A stretch of 64,000 nt of DNA from Octopus sinensis (taxonomy: Eukaryota): NCBI RefSeq assembly GCF_006345805.1, contig NC_043020.1:10292001-10356000 (forward strand), in the 5' to 3' direction. Made by a program: the position numbers and the translations under genes. This document shows positions 35,656-46,735 of this stretch, piece after piece. Under the pieces are notes generated by a model. The model was not told where the DNA came from. It made no database searches and was given only the letters and a program-made list of their open reading frames with translations. The stretch's first letter is position 1, and each line of letters opens with the position of its first letter.

Positions 35656-36425
35656 ATTCTGTTGTGTCTGGGGAGAGTCATTCTCTTTTAGTGCCTTATT
35701 ATTTAACACACTCACCAGTAAAATTTCCACTTATTTCTTATTTTTATTTTCTAAAATTTTCGTTGCGTCTTGCAACCTTTTCAATAGTCTTGACTCTTGA
35801 AATTTACCAGTAAGTATGTTAAATAATAATAGTGGAGGCACAATGGCCCAGTGGTTAGGGCAGCGGACTCACAGTCGTAGGATCGCGGTTTCGATTCCCA
35901 GGCCAGGCGTTGTGAGTGTTTATTGAGCGAAAACGCCTAGTGCCTTATTATTTAACACACTCACCGGTAAAATTTCCACTTATTTCTTATTTTTATTTTC
36001 TAAAATTTTTGTTGCGTCTTGCAACCTTTTCAATAGTCTTGACTCTTGAAATTTACCAGTAAGTATGTTAAATAATAATAGTGGAGGCGCAATGGCCCAG
36101 TGGTTAGGGCAGCGGACTCGCGGTCGTAGGGTCGCGGTTTCGATTCCCAGGCCAGGCGTTGTGAGTGTTTATTGAGCGAAAACACCTAAAGAGCTCCATG
36201 AGGCTCCGGCAGGGGATGGTGATCCCTGCTGTACTCTTTCACCACTCTTTCGTCTATTGGTCTGCTCGCTTAGGCAGCGGGGTGACGTCATTCGAAGGCT
36301 AAAACAATGCCAACGCATTGTGACCAGCGACGTGTAACAACATCTGATGGTCTGGTCGGTCATGTCACGTGATGTTAAATACTAAGGCACTAAAAGAGAA
36401 TGACTCTCCCCAGACATAACAGAAT
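35656..36425. mobile_element. Inverted-repeat-bounded element with a 249-bp internal tandem duplication and SINE-A insertion
   Basis: ~50-bp IR ATTCTGTTRTGTCTGGGGAGAGTCATTCTCTTTTAGTGCCTTA at both ends. 35689-35937 is repeated at 35938-36186. Confidence 0.65.
36079..36372 (+). mobile_element. SINE with A head and a third 3' half
   Basis: Matches A up to CACCACTCTTT (~36250), then CGTCTATTGGTCTGCTCGC... The head is also duplicated at 35830-35937. Confidence 0.75.
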
Positions 36426-36605
36426 ATGCTTCAACATGCAAACTCATATAAAAAATCTTGCAAACCAAATCCCAAAACGAAAAATAATTGATTATTTTAT
36501 GTTAAAAAATCCAAAGTAAATAAATGAGAGTATCAGAAAACTAACATCTTACAACAATTATATGTGTTTGCCTCAATTTTGGACAGTGATTATGAAGTAA
36601 TAATC

Positions 36606-37013
36606 AGGCGCAGGAGTGGCTGTGTGGTAAGTAGCTTGTTTACCAACCACATGGTTCCGGGTTCAGTCCCACTGCGTGGCACCTTGGGCAAGTGTCTTCT
36701 ACTATAGCCTCGGGCTGACCAAAGCCTTGTGAGTGGATTTGGTAGACGGAAACTGAAAGAAGCTCGTCATATATATGTATATATATATATGCGTGTGTGT
36801 GTTTGTGCGTTTGTATTTGTCCCCCTAGCATTGCTTGACAACTGATGCTGGTGTGTTTACGTCCCCGTAACTTAGCGGATCGGCAAAAGAGACTGATAGA
36901 ATAAGTACTGGGCTTACAAAAGAATAAGTCCTGGGGTCGAGTTGCTCGATTAAAGGCGGTGCTCCAGCATGGCCGCAGTCAAATGACTGAAACAAGTAAA
37001 AGAGTAAAAGAGT
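36606..37013 (+). mobile_element. SINE-B
   Basis: Family consensus. Confidence 0.9.
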
Positions 37014-37099
37014 ATTTCCCAAGATTTGAAACAATTTCTTCTACTCCAGTAAGTGATAAATTTCTTATTTTAGGGAATTTTCATGCTTGAGTTGAGAAA

Positions 37100-37290
37100 G
37101 ATAATATGGTCTGGGAACCCCTTTATATTCATGCTGAATGCAATATGAACAGCAATGGTCTCCTTCTCCTTCAGTTCAGCTCTGAATTTAATCTAGTCAT
37201 AGGTAATAGGCTCCATCAACAAAATGACATTCAAAAAGTGACATGGATTCACCTTAGGTCAAAGCATAGACATGTGTTGGACCCTGTAGT
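37100..37290 (+). mobile_element. RTE LINE endonuclease fragment
   Basis: NSNGLLLLQF.SE.NLVIGN..VTWIHLRSKHRHVLD resembles the BovB-type APE motif NSNGLLLL..SWMHPRSKHWHLID. Confidence 0.8.
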
Positions 37291-37344
37291 CCCCTATATG
37301 TGTACTTTTGTAGATATGTGCCTGGTACATGTTAAATGAGGTGC

Positions 37345-37915
37345 AGAGTGTGGTACTGATCATGAAATTTCTCGACCCAGCAGGACAAGTGAGTCCATAA
37401 CCCGTGGCCTCTACCTGGGATGTAGCCAGCCCACTTATGCATACCTTTCCTTCTTGTGACACAAACCCTACTTGTGTAGACCTGTTGAGGCAAGTGAAAA
37501 CGAAAATCAAAATCGAAATCGACCAACATCAATGGAAATTGTAGCTGTGATACCAGTGCTGATGGCACGTAAGAGAACCATCCGAACGTGGCCGTTGCCA
37601 GTGCCGCCCCGCCTGGCCTCCATGTCGGTGGCACGTAAAATGCACCATCCGATTGTGGCCGTTGCCAGCCTCGTCTGGCCCCGTGCCGGTGGCACGTAAA
37701 AAGCACCCGCTACACTCATGGAGTTGTTGGTGTTAGGAAGGGCATCCAGCTGTAGAAACAATGCCAGATCAGACTGGAGCCTGGTGCAGCCTTCTGGCTT
37801 CCCAGACCCCAGTTGAACTGTCCAACCCATGCTAATATGGAAAACGGACGTTAAACGATGATGATGATGATGATAATGATGGTGATCATGACGATGATGA
37901 TGACGACGACGATGA
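37345..37915 (+). mobile_element. Family D: RTE 3'UTR fragment with internal minisatellite and (GAT)n tail
   Basis: AGGAAGGGCATCCAGCTGTAGAAAC..GGAAAACGGACGTTAAACGATGATG. Confidence 0.8.
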
Positions 37916-38079
37916 AAAAGACAAGAAGGAATGAAAGGAAAATACTCAAACAAATTGGCATCAAAAACCTAATGGAATGCTAATTATTAAGTGTTATTAC
38001 CACAAGGATATGCTGGGGCTAATTTTGATGGTACTTGAAATAATTTTAAAGGAAAAGTATATGGTATTGGTGGAAAAAT

Positions 38080-38314
38080 AAGGCAGCGAGCTGGCAGAAC
38101 CGTTAGCACGCCGGGCGAAATGTCTAGCCATATTTCGTCTGCTGTTATGTTCTGAGTTCAAATTCCGCCGAGGTCGACTTTGCCTTTCATCCTTTCGGGG
38201 TCGATAAATTAAGTACCAGTTACGCACTGGGGTCGAAATATAATCGACTTAATCCGTTTGTCTGTCTTTGTTTGTCCTCTCTGTGTTGAGCCCCTTGTGG
38301 GTAGTAAAGAAATA
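38080..38314 (+). mobile_element. SINE-C
   Basis: TSD GGTATTGGTG(G/C)AAAAAT (16/17). Confidence 0.92.
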
Positions 38315-38566
38315 GGTATTGGTGCAAAAATTCCTTGTTTAACCAAAAATGTGCATAGACACTAGTTTGATGACAATAATAAGAATGAAAAAGTTCTTGA
38401 GCAAAGGTGTTCTCCTCACTTAAAAGCTATGAACAATTGTGAGGCTGAACATAATTCTGTTGTAACCTTTCTTGAAAACAACTGTCTCTACAAATATGCT
38501 TGTTGACAAGTGCAAAACAATTGATGGTCAAATATTTTCAAAGAAATGCAAAACACATATCATCAT

Positions 38567-39265
38567 CATCATCATTATCGTTTAGCATCTGCTTTCCATG
38601 CTAGCATGGGTTGGACGATTTTGGCTGAGGGCTGGCAAACCAGATCGCTGCACCAGGCTCCAGTCTTGATTTGGCAGAGTTTCTACAGCTGGATGCCCTT
38701 CCTAACGCCAACCACTCCAAGAGTGTAGTGGGTGCTTTTTACGTGCCACCAGCACAGGGGCCAGTCAGGCGGTACTGGCAACGACCTCACTCAAATCCTT
38801 TTACACATGTCACAAGCACAGGTGCCAGTAAGGCAACTTTGGTAACGATCACACTCGAATGGTGCCCTTTTACGTGCCACTGGCACGGAAGCTGGTTGGC
38901 TGCTCTGGCAACGATCACTCTCGGATGGTGCTCTTGGCACCCTACTAGCACGGGCACAAGTGCCAATAAGGCGACACTGGTAATGATCACGCTCGAATGG
39001 TGCCCTTTTATGTGCCACTGGCACGGAAGCCAGTTGGCTGCTCTGTCAATGATCACATTCAGATGGTGCTCTTTGCACCCTGATAACACGGGCACAAGTG
39101 CCAGTAAGGCGACACTGGTAACGATCACGCTCGAATGGTGCCCTTTAAGTGCCACTGGCACGGAAGCCGGTTAGCTGCTCTGTCAATGATCACGTTCGGA
39201 TGGTGCTCTTTGCACCCTGCTAGCACAGACACCAGTCATCGAGTTTAATTTTGATTTTGATTGAT
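38567..39265 (-). mobile_element. Family D copy with expanded ~55-60-bp minisatellite
   Basis: (CAT)n start. Repeated ACGATCAC.CTCGAATGGTGC..GTGCCACTGGCACGG units. Confidence 0.8.
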
Positions 39266-39339
39266 TTCACTGAGTGAAAGTATGCAAAGCAACTGTATAG
39301 CTCACTGAAGCAAGTATTCCATCCTCAAAGGACATCATT

Positions 39340-39560
39340 GAGTGTCATACGATGTTGCAACAAAATTCTGGTTTCCAAATTGTAGTGGCATTTTTCAACA
39401 GAATAAAAAACCAGTTCATGTTAGCAAGCAACCAATGGATTCCTTTCATTCAACATGGTGTAACACTGCTTGATTGGCCCCTGTATTCACCAAATTTAAA
39501 TACAATTAAAACCCTCCAGAGTGTATGCAAAAGCACATAAAGTTACTACAACCTTGAACG
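39340..39560 (+). mobile_element. Tc1-like transposase DDE fragment (decayed)
   Basis: GIFQQN..PVH and GVTLLDWPLYSPNLNTIKTL in shifted frames, resembling FQQDNAPxH and WPxxSPDLNPIENLW. Confidence 0.7.
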
Positions 39561-39679
39561 AAATGCGAAATTGTTCAAGCGTTTACTCCAGTGAAACACA
39601 GGAATGATGAAATTAAAGAAATGTGCCAAAAATTCTGCGGGAATCAATGTCCAGAAGAGTAACTGCTGTTGTTCATTCT

Positions 39680-40253
39680 ATCCTTCAAAACTTCCATGCT
39701 TCCTGAGATTCGCCAACACTACACCTGATTTTCTCCCCTCCATACACACACAAGCATGTATCTGACTCATACACTGTTCACTTTCCAGACATTTGTACAT
39801 TACTGCATGTACTTTATATGCACTTTCTGACAAGTTGTGGTGCACCTGAGCACTGTATACAATAATTTCATTATTATTATTATTATTTAAAAACTCCACC
39901 CGTCTAACACCCGTGGACATATTTACAAAGTCAGAAAACAGCACAGCTCCCATGACTTTCGGAAACATTTTTTCACGCTAAGAGTTGCTGAAGCATGGAA
40001 CAAACTGCCGGCATCAGTTGTTAGTTGTCGGAGCACTGCATCCTTCAAAACTTCCATGCTTTCTGAGATTCGCCAACACTACACCTGATTTTTTCCCCTC
40101 CATACACACACAAGCATGTATCTGACTCATACACTGTTCACTTTCCAGACATTTGTACACTACTGCATGCACTTTCTGACAAGTTGTGGTGCACCTGAGC
40201 ACTGTATACAATAATTTCATTATATATTATTATTATTCATTATTATTATTATT
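39680..40253 (+). mobile_element. Tandem array (1.6 units) of the same CR1 3' end
   Basis: Same unit and same junction (ATT)n-TTAAAAACTCCACCCG at 39887. Confidence 0.88.
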
Positions 40254-40791
40254 AAAAGAGGAGCAATAAAATATTGATTATAACTTGTATTATTTTTCTC
40301 TACCTAATTTCATGTGTCACTTTGAAAGATAAACTTGTGTACATGCACACTCACACACACACAAATGCACATGCACACATTCACAGACAACTGTGCATAT
40401 GTACACACACACAAATGTAAAAAGAAAGATATATGTATACATATATGAAGATAAGATATATAAACGTTTATGTATGTATATATATATGTATATAAGAATT
40501 GTTTGCGTAATAAGATAAAAAAAACCAAGTCTGTGTAGATATTAGACTACTTATAGATAAATTTTATTGATTTTAGACGTTCTATATATAAATGCTCTAA
40601 TATCTACACACAGTTTTTTATCTTATTACGCAAAAAATTCTTATATACACACACTGACATAGAACCAACATTGAATCCTTTATTTGCAATATTACCAAAT
40701 CTGGAACTTAACTATGGTATGTCTATAGCACTTATTCAGCATTACCTGACACCTTTGGGTCTGAATGACACCATTATCTCTTTTATATATA

Positions 40792-41240
40792 TCATCATCA
40801 TCATCATCATCATCGTTTAACGTCCGTTATCCATGCTAGCATGGGTTGGACGGTCGACCGGGGATCTGGGAAGCCAGAAGGCTGCACCAGGCTTCTACAG
40901 CTGTTTCTACAGCTGGATGCCTTTCCTAATGCCAACCACTCCGTGAGTGTAGTGGGTGCTTTTTATGTGCCACCTGCACTGGTGCCAGGCGAGGCTGGCA
41001 TCGGCCACGGTCGGATTGGTGCATTTTACGTGCCACCTGCACGGAAGCCAGTCAAGGCGGCACTGGCTTTGGCCACGATTCGGATGGTGCTTTTTACGTG
41101 CCACCGACACGGAAGCCAGTCGAGGCGGCTCTGGCATCGGCCACGATTCGGATAGTGCTTTTTACGTATCTCCAGTCCAGGGGTCCTGGCATCTGCCGGG
41201 TGCCAGTCATAGGATTGGTTCAATTTCGATTCCGATTTCG
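40792..41240 (-). mobile_element. Family D copy
   Basis: CATCATCGTTTAACGTCCG..CTACAGCTGGATGCC.. plus repeat units. Confidence 0.8.
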
Positions 41241-41271
41241 ATATATATATATATATGTGTGTGTATATATG

Positions 41272-41324
<53 letters not shown>

Positions 41325-41652
41325 TATGTATGTATATATACACACTGTATATATATATGACGTTATATACCCTATCTTTATATATGTATGCATATCTATA
41401 TCTATCTTGGTGATGTGTGCATGTGTGTGCATATGTGAGTGTGTATGTATGTATACTTATATATATACATACATACATACATATATATATATATGCATAT
41501 ATATATGTGTATATATATATGTATATATTTATATATATATATATATTATATATATATATATATATATATCCGGCCGTAGAAAACTTGCCACACGCATAGC
41601 GCTGCGTATATGTACATATATATAATATATATATAATATATATATACATATA

Positions 41653-42938
41653 CAAGATCTTATCAATAAGTATCTGGACTGTTGCCATAGTAACGAAGCT
41701 AAACCATGCAGAGTGAAGCTGCTTGGCGAAGATTCACCTTGAACTCTGCTGTGCATGCGCACTAAGTTTTAACGTTCTAGCTCACTTCTGCTGTTAACAG
41801 CAGTGCTTGGAAGGAAGGTGTGTAGCATGTGATCATTGCATTGACCATGACAGAGAAAGTTGTCATGCTCAGAGGCCTATGCAAAATCGCAGAAATTGTA
41901 TTGAGAGGAATGTATGAGCTGCACACAAGTGTACAAGTGGTTCAGGTGTTTCCAAGATGGCCAAAAACTGTTGATTTTCGCGAAGGTCCTGGGAGACCCA
42001 CAACCAGCAGAATTGAGAAAGACATCGCAGATGTGCATGCAGCGGAGAGGTGAAATCATTGAATCATCTGTGAGTTATCAGAGAATGTGCAGATTAGTTA
42101 TGGTTCAGTTCTGTCCATTATCGTTGAAGATTTGGGTACGAGATGCATATCTGCTAAGTTTGTGCCAAAAATGCTTTCAGCTGACCAAAGAGCTACTCAG
42201 GTTTCAGTTGCACAAGATCTCCTTCATTGTATTGAGAACTCTTTACTCTTTTACTCTTTTACTTGTTTCAGTCATTTGACTGCGGCCATGCTGGGGCACC
42301 GCCTTTAGTCGAGCAAATCGACCCCGGGACTTATTCTTTGTAAGCCCAGTACTTATTCTATCGGTCTCTTTTGCCGAACCGCTAAGTGACGGGGACATAA
42401 ACACACCAGCATTGGTTGTCAAGCAATGCTAGGGGGACAAACACAGACACACAAACATATACACAAATACATATATATATACATATATACGACATGCTTC
42501 TTTCAGTTTCCATCTACCAAATCCACTCACAAGGCATTGGTCGGCCCGAGGCTATAGTAGAAGACACTTGCACAAGATGCCACGCAGTGGGACTGAACCT
42601 GGAACCATGTGGTTGGTAAGCAAGCTACTTACCACACAGCCACTCCTGAAAACTTTTTGAAAACTCTGCATAGACCTCTGCGCAGGTATTGCCAAGCTTA
42701 AGGCAAAATTTGATACAGATTCTCTGCTCAAATTTCTCTATCATGGTCAATGCGACAATCACATGCTACACACCTTCCTTCCAAGCACTGCTGTAAACAG
42801 CAGAAGTGAGCTAGAACGTTAAAACTTAGTGTGCATGCACAGCAGAGTTTGAGGTCAATCTTTGCCAAGCAGCTTCACTCTGCGTGCTTTAACTTTGTTA
42901 CTATGGCAACAGTTGAGATACTTATTCATCAGACCACA
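41653..42938 (+). mobile_element. Decayed mariner element with long (>=210-bp) inverted ends, interrupted by SINE-B
   Basis: TA flanks. TIR-like TCAATAAGTATCTGGACT. Frameshifted transposase N-terminus: QVYKWFRCFQDG..GPGRPTTS..ISYGSVLSIIVEDLG..ISAKFVPKML. Confidence 0.85.
42240..42648 (-). mobile_element. SINE-B inserted in the mariner element
   Basis: Family consensus. Confidence 0.9.
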
Positions 42939-42939
42939 T

Positions 42940-43147
42940 ATTTACAAAATGTGACTGCGTGTGTACCATTGGTGATTTTTTTCCTCTGTCTTTCCTTCTC
43001 TGGATCTTTCCTTCTCCTATGTTTCCGACGAAGAGCTCCACTCGAAACGTTAAACCCTCCTTTCCTTCTTTCCTGAGCGTCTAATAATACTATATTTGTT
43101 CCACGTCCCCGCGTTGTTGTGTTTTTTTTGTGCTTTCTTGTTTGGAT

Positions 43148-43160
<13 letters not shown>
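42940..43160 (+). mobile_element. Family K (probable Penelope terminal repeat) with degenerate hammerhead at 43021-43055
   Basis: GTTT-CCGACGA-A-GAG..CTC-GAAA-CGTT-AAAC. Ends in (TA)n. Confidence 0.55.
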
Positions 43161-43182
<22 letters not shown>

Positions 43183-43244
43183 GCACACATTTATATGTGA
43201 ATGTGTGTGTAATATATATATATATATATATATATATAAGGGGG

Positions 43245-43627
43245 GGAAGCACTCCGTCGGTTACGACGATGAGGGTTCCGGTTGATCTGAATCAACGGAA
43301 CAGCCTGCTCGTGAAATTAACGTGTAAGTGGCTGAGCACTCCACAGACACATGTACCCTTAACGTAGTTCTCGGGGATATTCAGCGTGACACAGAGAGTG
43401 ACAAGGCCGGCCCTTTGAAATACAGGTACAACAGAAACAGGAAGTAAGAGTGAGAGAAAGTTGTGGTGAAAGAGTACAGCAGGGATCACCACCATCCCCT
43501 GCCAGAGCCTCGTGGAACTTTTAGGTGTTTTCGCTCAATAAACACTCACAACGCCCGGTCTGGGAATCGAAACCGCGATCCTATGACCGCGAGTCCGCTG
43601 CCCTAACCACTGGGCCATTGTGCCTCC
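43245..43627 (-). mobile_element. SINE-A
   Basis: Family consensus, flanked by (TA)n. Confidence 0.9.
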
Positions 43628-43683
43628 TATATATATATATATACATTATGTCATATGTAAATTTGTTTTTGAAGCGCTGAAAT

Positions 43684-44075
43684 GTATTGTAGTACAAGTA
43701 GAAAGACACATTTTTCAACATGTAAGTACTGGGAGAACAGCATATACAGAATAAAATCCTTACAGAGCAGAAAAATCTGTCAGCAACCAACCATGAGACT
43801 TGAACTCACATCCCTTTAATTTCCATATGACAAAATTTCTATTCCAACTAGCATTTCTAGATGAGTTTATAAGTTCTAGAATTGCAGGAGAATTTGTCAG
43901 TTAAGTAGCTTAGCTTAATGGTAAAGCGCTTTGACTGGAAATTAAAGGGATGTGAGTTTGAGTCTCGTGGCGGGTTGCTGACAGATTTTTCTGCTTTGTA
44001 AGGACTTTATCTTATATAAGCTGTTCTATCAGTAATTACGTGTTGAAAAATATATCTTTCTACTTGTAATATATA
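43684..44075. mobile_element. Foldback element with tRNA-derived sequence in its arms
   Basis: ~140-bp inverted arms (43684-43825 / 43935-44075). The right side reads TAGCTTAATGGTAAAGCG..CTGGAAA..GAGTTTGAGTCTC (A box, anticodon arm, B box). Confidence 0.7.
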
Positions 44076-44372
44076 TACCTCTGTGTGTGTGTGTGTGTGT
44101 GTATGTAATATATGTATAAATATATATATTTATATGTAATATGTGTGTATATATATGTATGTATATGGTAATAAAGTATACACTTGATATTTTTTTTGAC
44201 CTTGAATAAGATATTAAGAAAACGGACAAAGAGATAGTAAGACGTTATCTGGCAGACACGTGAAGTGGTTTATGAGAGGTTCGCCTGTAAACCTGTAGTA
44301 CTTTGTCGGTGGAGCTAGTTGCTGGTGATCAACTGAATTTGCAGGAAGAAATCAAGAAAATTCTTAGCAAGT

Positions 44373-44399
44373 ATGTACTACCAATGGAGAGATAAACAG
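44373..44399 (+). CDS. TTC38: TTC38 homolog, coding exon 1 (MYYQWRDKQ)
   Basis: ATG at 44373, donor CAG|GTAAGT at 44400. Phase 0 joins exon 2 as ..WRDKQ|AWK.., matching the recalled TTC38 N-terminus (RDCQ|AWK). Confidence 0.85.
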
Positions 44400-44635
44400 G
44401 TAAGTCTTTTGCCAACATCCTACTCTAACAAAAAAAAATGTGTGAATTCACATAGCATTGGTGTGTGTTTCAGAAGCTTGCTTTCCAACTATGTGGTATC
44501 AGGTTCAATCCCACTGCACGATAATTTGGGCAAGTGCCTCCTGTTACAACTCTGGATTGATCAAAGCCTTGTGAATAGAATTTGGCAGATGGGAACTGGA
44601 AAAAGCCCCTTGTGAATACACACACACATATACAC

Positions 44636-44671
<36 letters not shown>

Positions 44672-44792
44672 CACATATACATATGTATATATATATACAC
44701 ACACACATATATATATATGTATATATATATATATACATACATACTTACATACATACATACATACATACATGCATTCTTACATACATACATAC

Positions 44793-44823
<31 letters not shown>

Positions 44824-44843
44824 CATACATACATACTAATGTG

Positions 44844-44881
<38 letters not shown>

Positions 44882-44886
44882 TATAT

Positions 44887-45118
44887 AAGGAAGCGAGCTG
44901 GCACAATCGTTAGCATGCCGGGCATAATGCTTTACAGTATTTTGTCTGCCGTTACGTTCTGAGTTCAAATTCCGCCGAGGTCCACTTTGCCTTTCATCCT
45001 TCTGGGTCGATAAATTAAGTACCAGTTACGCACTGGGGTCGATGTAATCGACTTAATACCTATGTCTGTCCTTGTTTGTCCCCTCTATGTTTAGCCCCTT
45101 GTGGGTAATAATGAAATA
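44887..45118 (+). mobile_element. SINE-C
   Basis: Family consensus. Confidence 0.88.
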
Positions 45119-45234
45119 GGTGACTATTTCTAAGGAAAGCATGTGAAAACTTAGGTAAATAAGTTATTTTTTATTAACATAACTCGTCCAGGAGCCTTTT
45201 GATATCACCTCATAAATATTTCAATACCCTAAAT

Positions 45235-45622
45235 GTGGAAGCACTCTGTTGGTTACGACGATGAGGGTTCCGGTTGATCTGAATCAACGGAACAGCCTGC
45301 TCATGATATTAACGTGTAAGTGGCTGAGCACTCCACAGACACGTGTACCCTTAACGTAGTCCTCGTGGATATTCAGCGTGACACAGAGAGTGACAAGGCC
45401 GGCCCCTTGAAATACAGGTACAACAGAAACAGGAAGTAAGAGTGAGAGAAAGTTGTGGTGAAAGGGTACAGCATGGATCACCACCATCCCCTGCCGGAGC
45501 CTCGTGGAGCTTTTAGGTGTTTTCGCTCAATAAACACTCACAACGCCCGGTCTGGGAATCGAAACCGCGATCCTATGACCGCAAGTCCGCTGCCCTAAGC
45601 ACTGGGCCGTTGCGCATCCACT
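45235..45622 (-). mobile_element. SINE-A
   Basis: Family consensus. TSD AATACCCTAAAT. Confidence 0.92.
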
Positions 45623-45971
45623 AATACCCTAAATAACCCATTGATTATAAATGCTTTTCCTATAATCTAATATGCATAATTTTTCCTCCAAATTTTTAAT
45701 CCTATTTAATAGATAACTAATTGTTGTGACATACAATTTCTTTTTCCCTAATTGTCATGACATGAAATTTTTGATAAGTTTTTTTATTGCTGTGTTATCT
45801 ATTGATGTCATCAAAAGTTAAATACCAAACTGGTTTTTCTTTGAATATTTCTTCTAAACATTTTTTTTCACTTAAATTCATGCATTTGAGATATTTTCTT
45901 AGTTCATTTTGAATGATGATAATAAATGTGTGCACTATTTAATGTAATTCAAATATTCTGTCTTTCCCTAG

Positions 45972-46049
45972 GCTTGGAAGACATTTGGGATAGATATATC
46001 GTCACCCTCTGATGAAGCGTGTAAATTATTCGATATCAATGTGAATCAG
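45972..46049 (+). CDS. TTC38: TTC38 homolog, exon 2 (AWKTFGIDISSPSDEACKLFDINVNQ)
   Basis: Acceptor TCTTTCCCTAG, donor GTGAAA, 78 nt. Aligns ungapped to recalled human [26 protein letters not shown]. Confidence 0.95.
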
Positions 46050-46735
46050 GTGAAACTCATTCATTTTTATTCTATTTTAATTTTATTGTTTCTTTATTTT
46101 CCAGTTCTGATATGTAACTTTTTCTTTCTAATTTTCTTCTATATTTTATTCTTTGTTTCTTTTTCCAACATTTTATGTGTGGTCATATTGTTGTAGCTCT
46201 TCTTCTTCTTCTTCTTTTCTTCTTCTCTTCTTCTTCTTCTTCTTCTTCTTCTTCTCTCTTCTCTTCTCTTCTTCTTCTCTTCTTCTTCTCCTTCTCCTCC
46301 TCCTCCTCCTCCTCTCCCCTCCTCTCCCTCTCCCTCCTCCTCCTCCCTCCCGTCCCCCCCCTCCTCCTTTCGATATATTTATTTATCTATATAACACATT
46401 ATATATACATATATGTATGTGCATGTGTGTAATATATATATATATATATATATAATATATTATATATATATATGTATATATATGTATGTATGTTATATTA
46501 TTGAGTCATCTCATAAATAATGCAGTTTCTTTATACTTTTTTATTTTTCAAAATTATGATAAACAAAGTACGTTTATATATTTGCTGTGCAAGATTTTTT
46601 ATGTGAAGTTGTGTGTTGAAACAGACATTGTTATATTTCGGAATGGTCATTTTGCCAGTTTAGCCAATAAAAAGTTCTTTTTTAATCTAAAATATAATCT
46701 CTTATATTTTCTACAATGCTCTTCCATCATTTGTC

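Noticed and set aside
35750-35805. Hammerhead-like motif on minus (CTATTGA..GTTGC/GCAAC..GAAA)
   Set aside because: Two core changes, a 4-nt insertion and no stem I.
38780-39240. Regularly spaced repeats resembling a CRISPR array
   Set aside because: The units are wholly repetitive with no unique spacers, no cas genes, and a eukaryotic LINE 3'UTR context.
44373-44615. 80-aa ORF MYYQWRDKQVSLL..
   Set aside because: Only the first 9 codons are exonic; the rest reads through the GTAAGT donor into intron and a decayed SINE-B.
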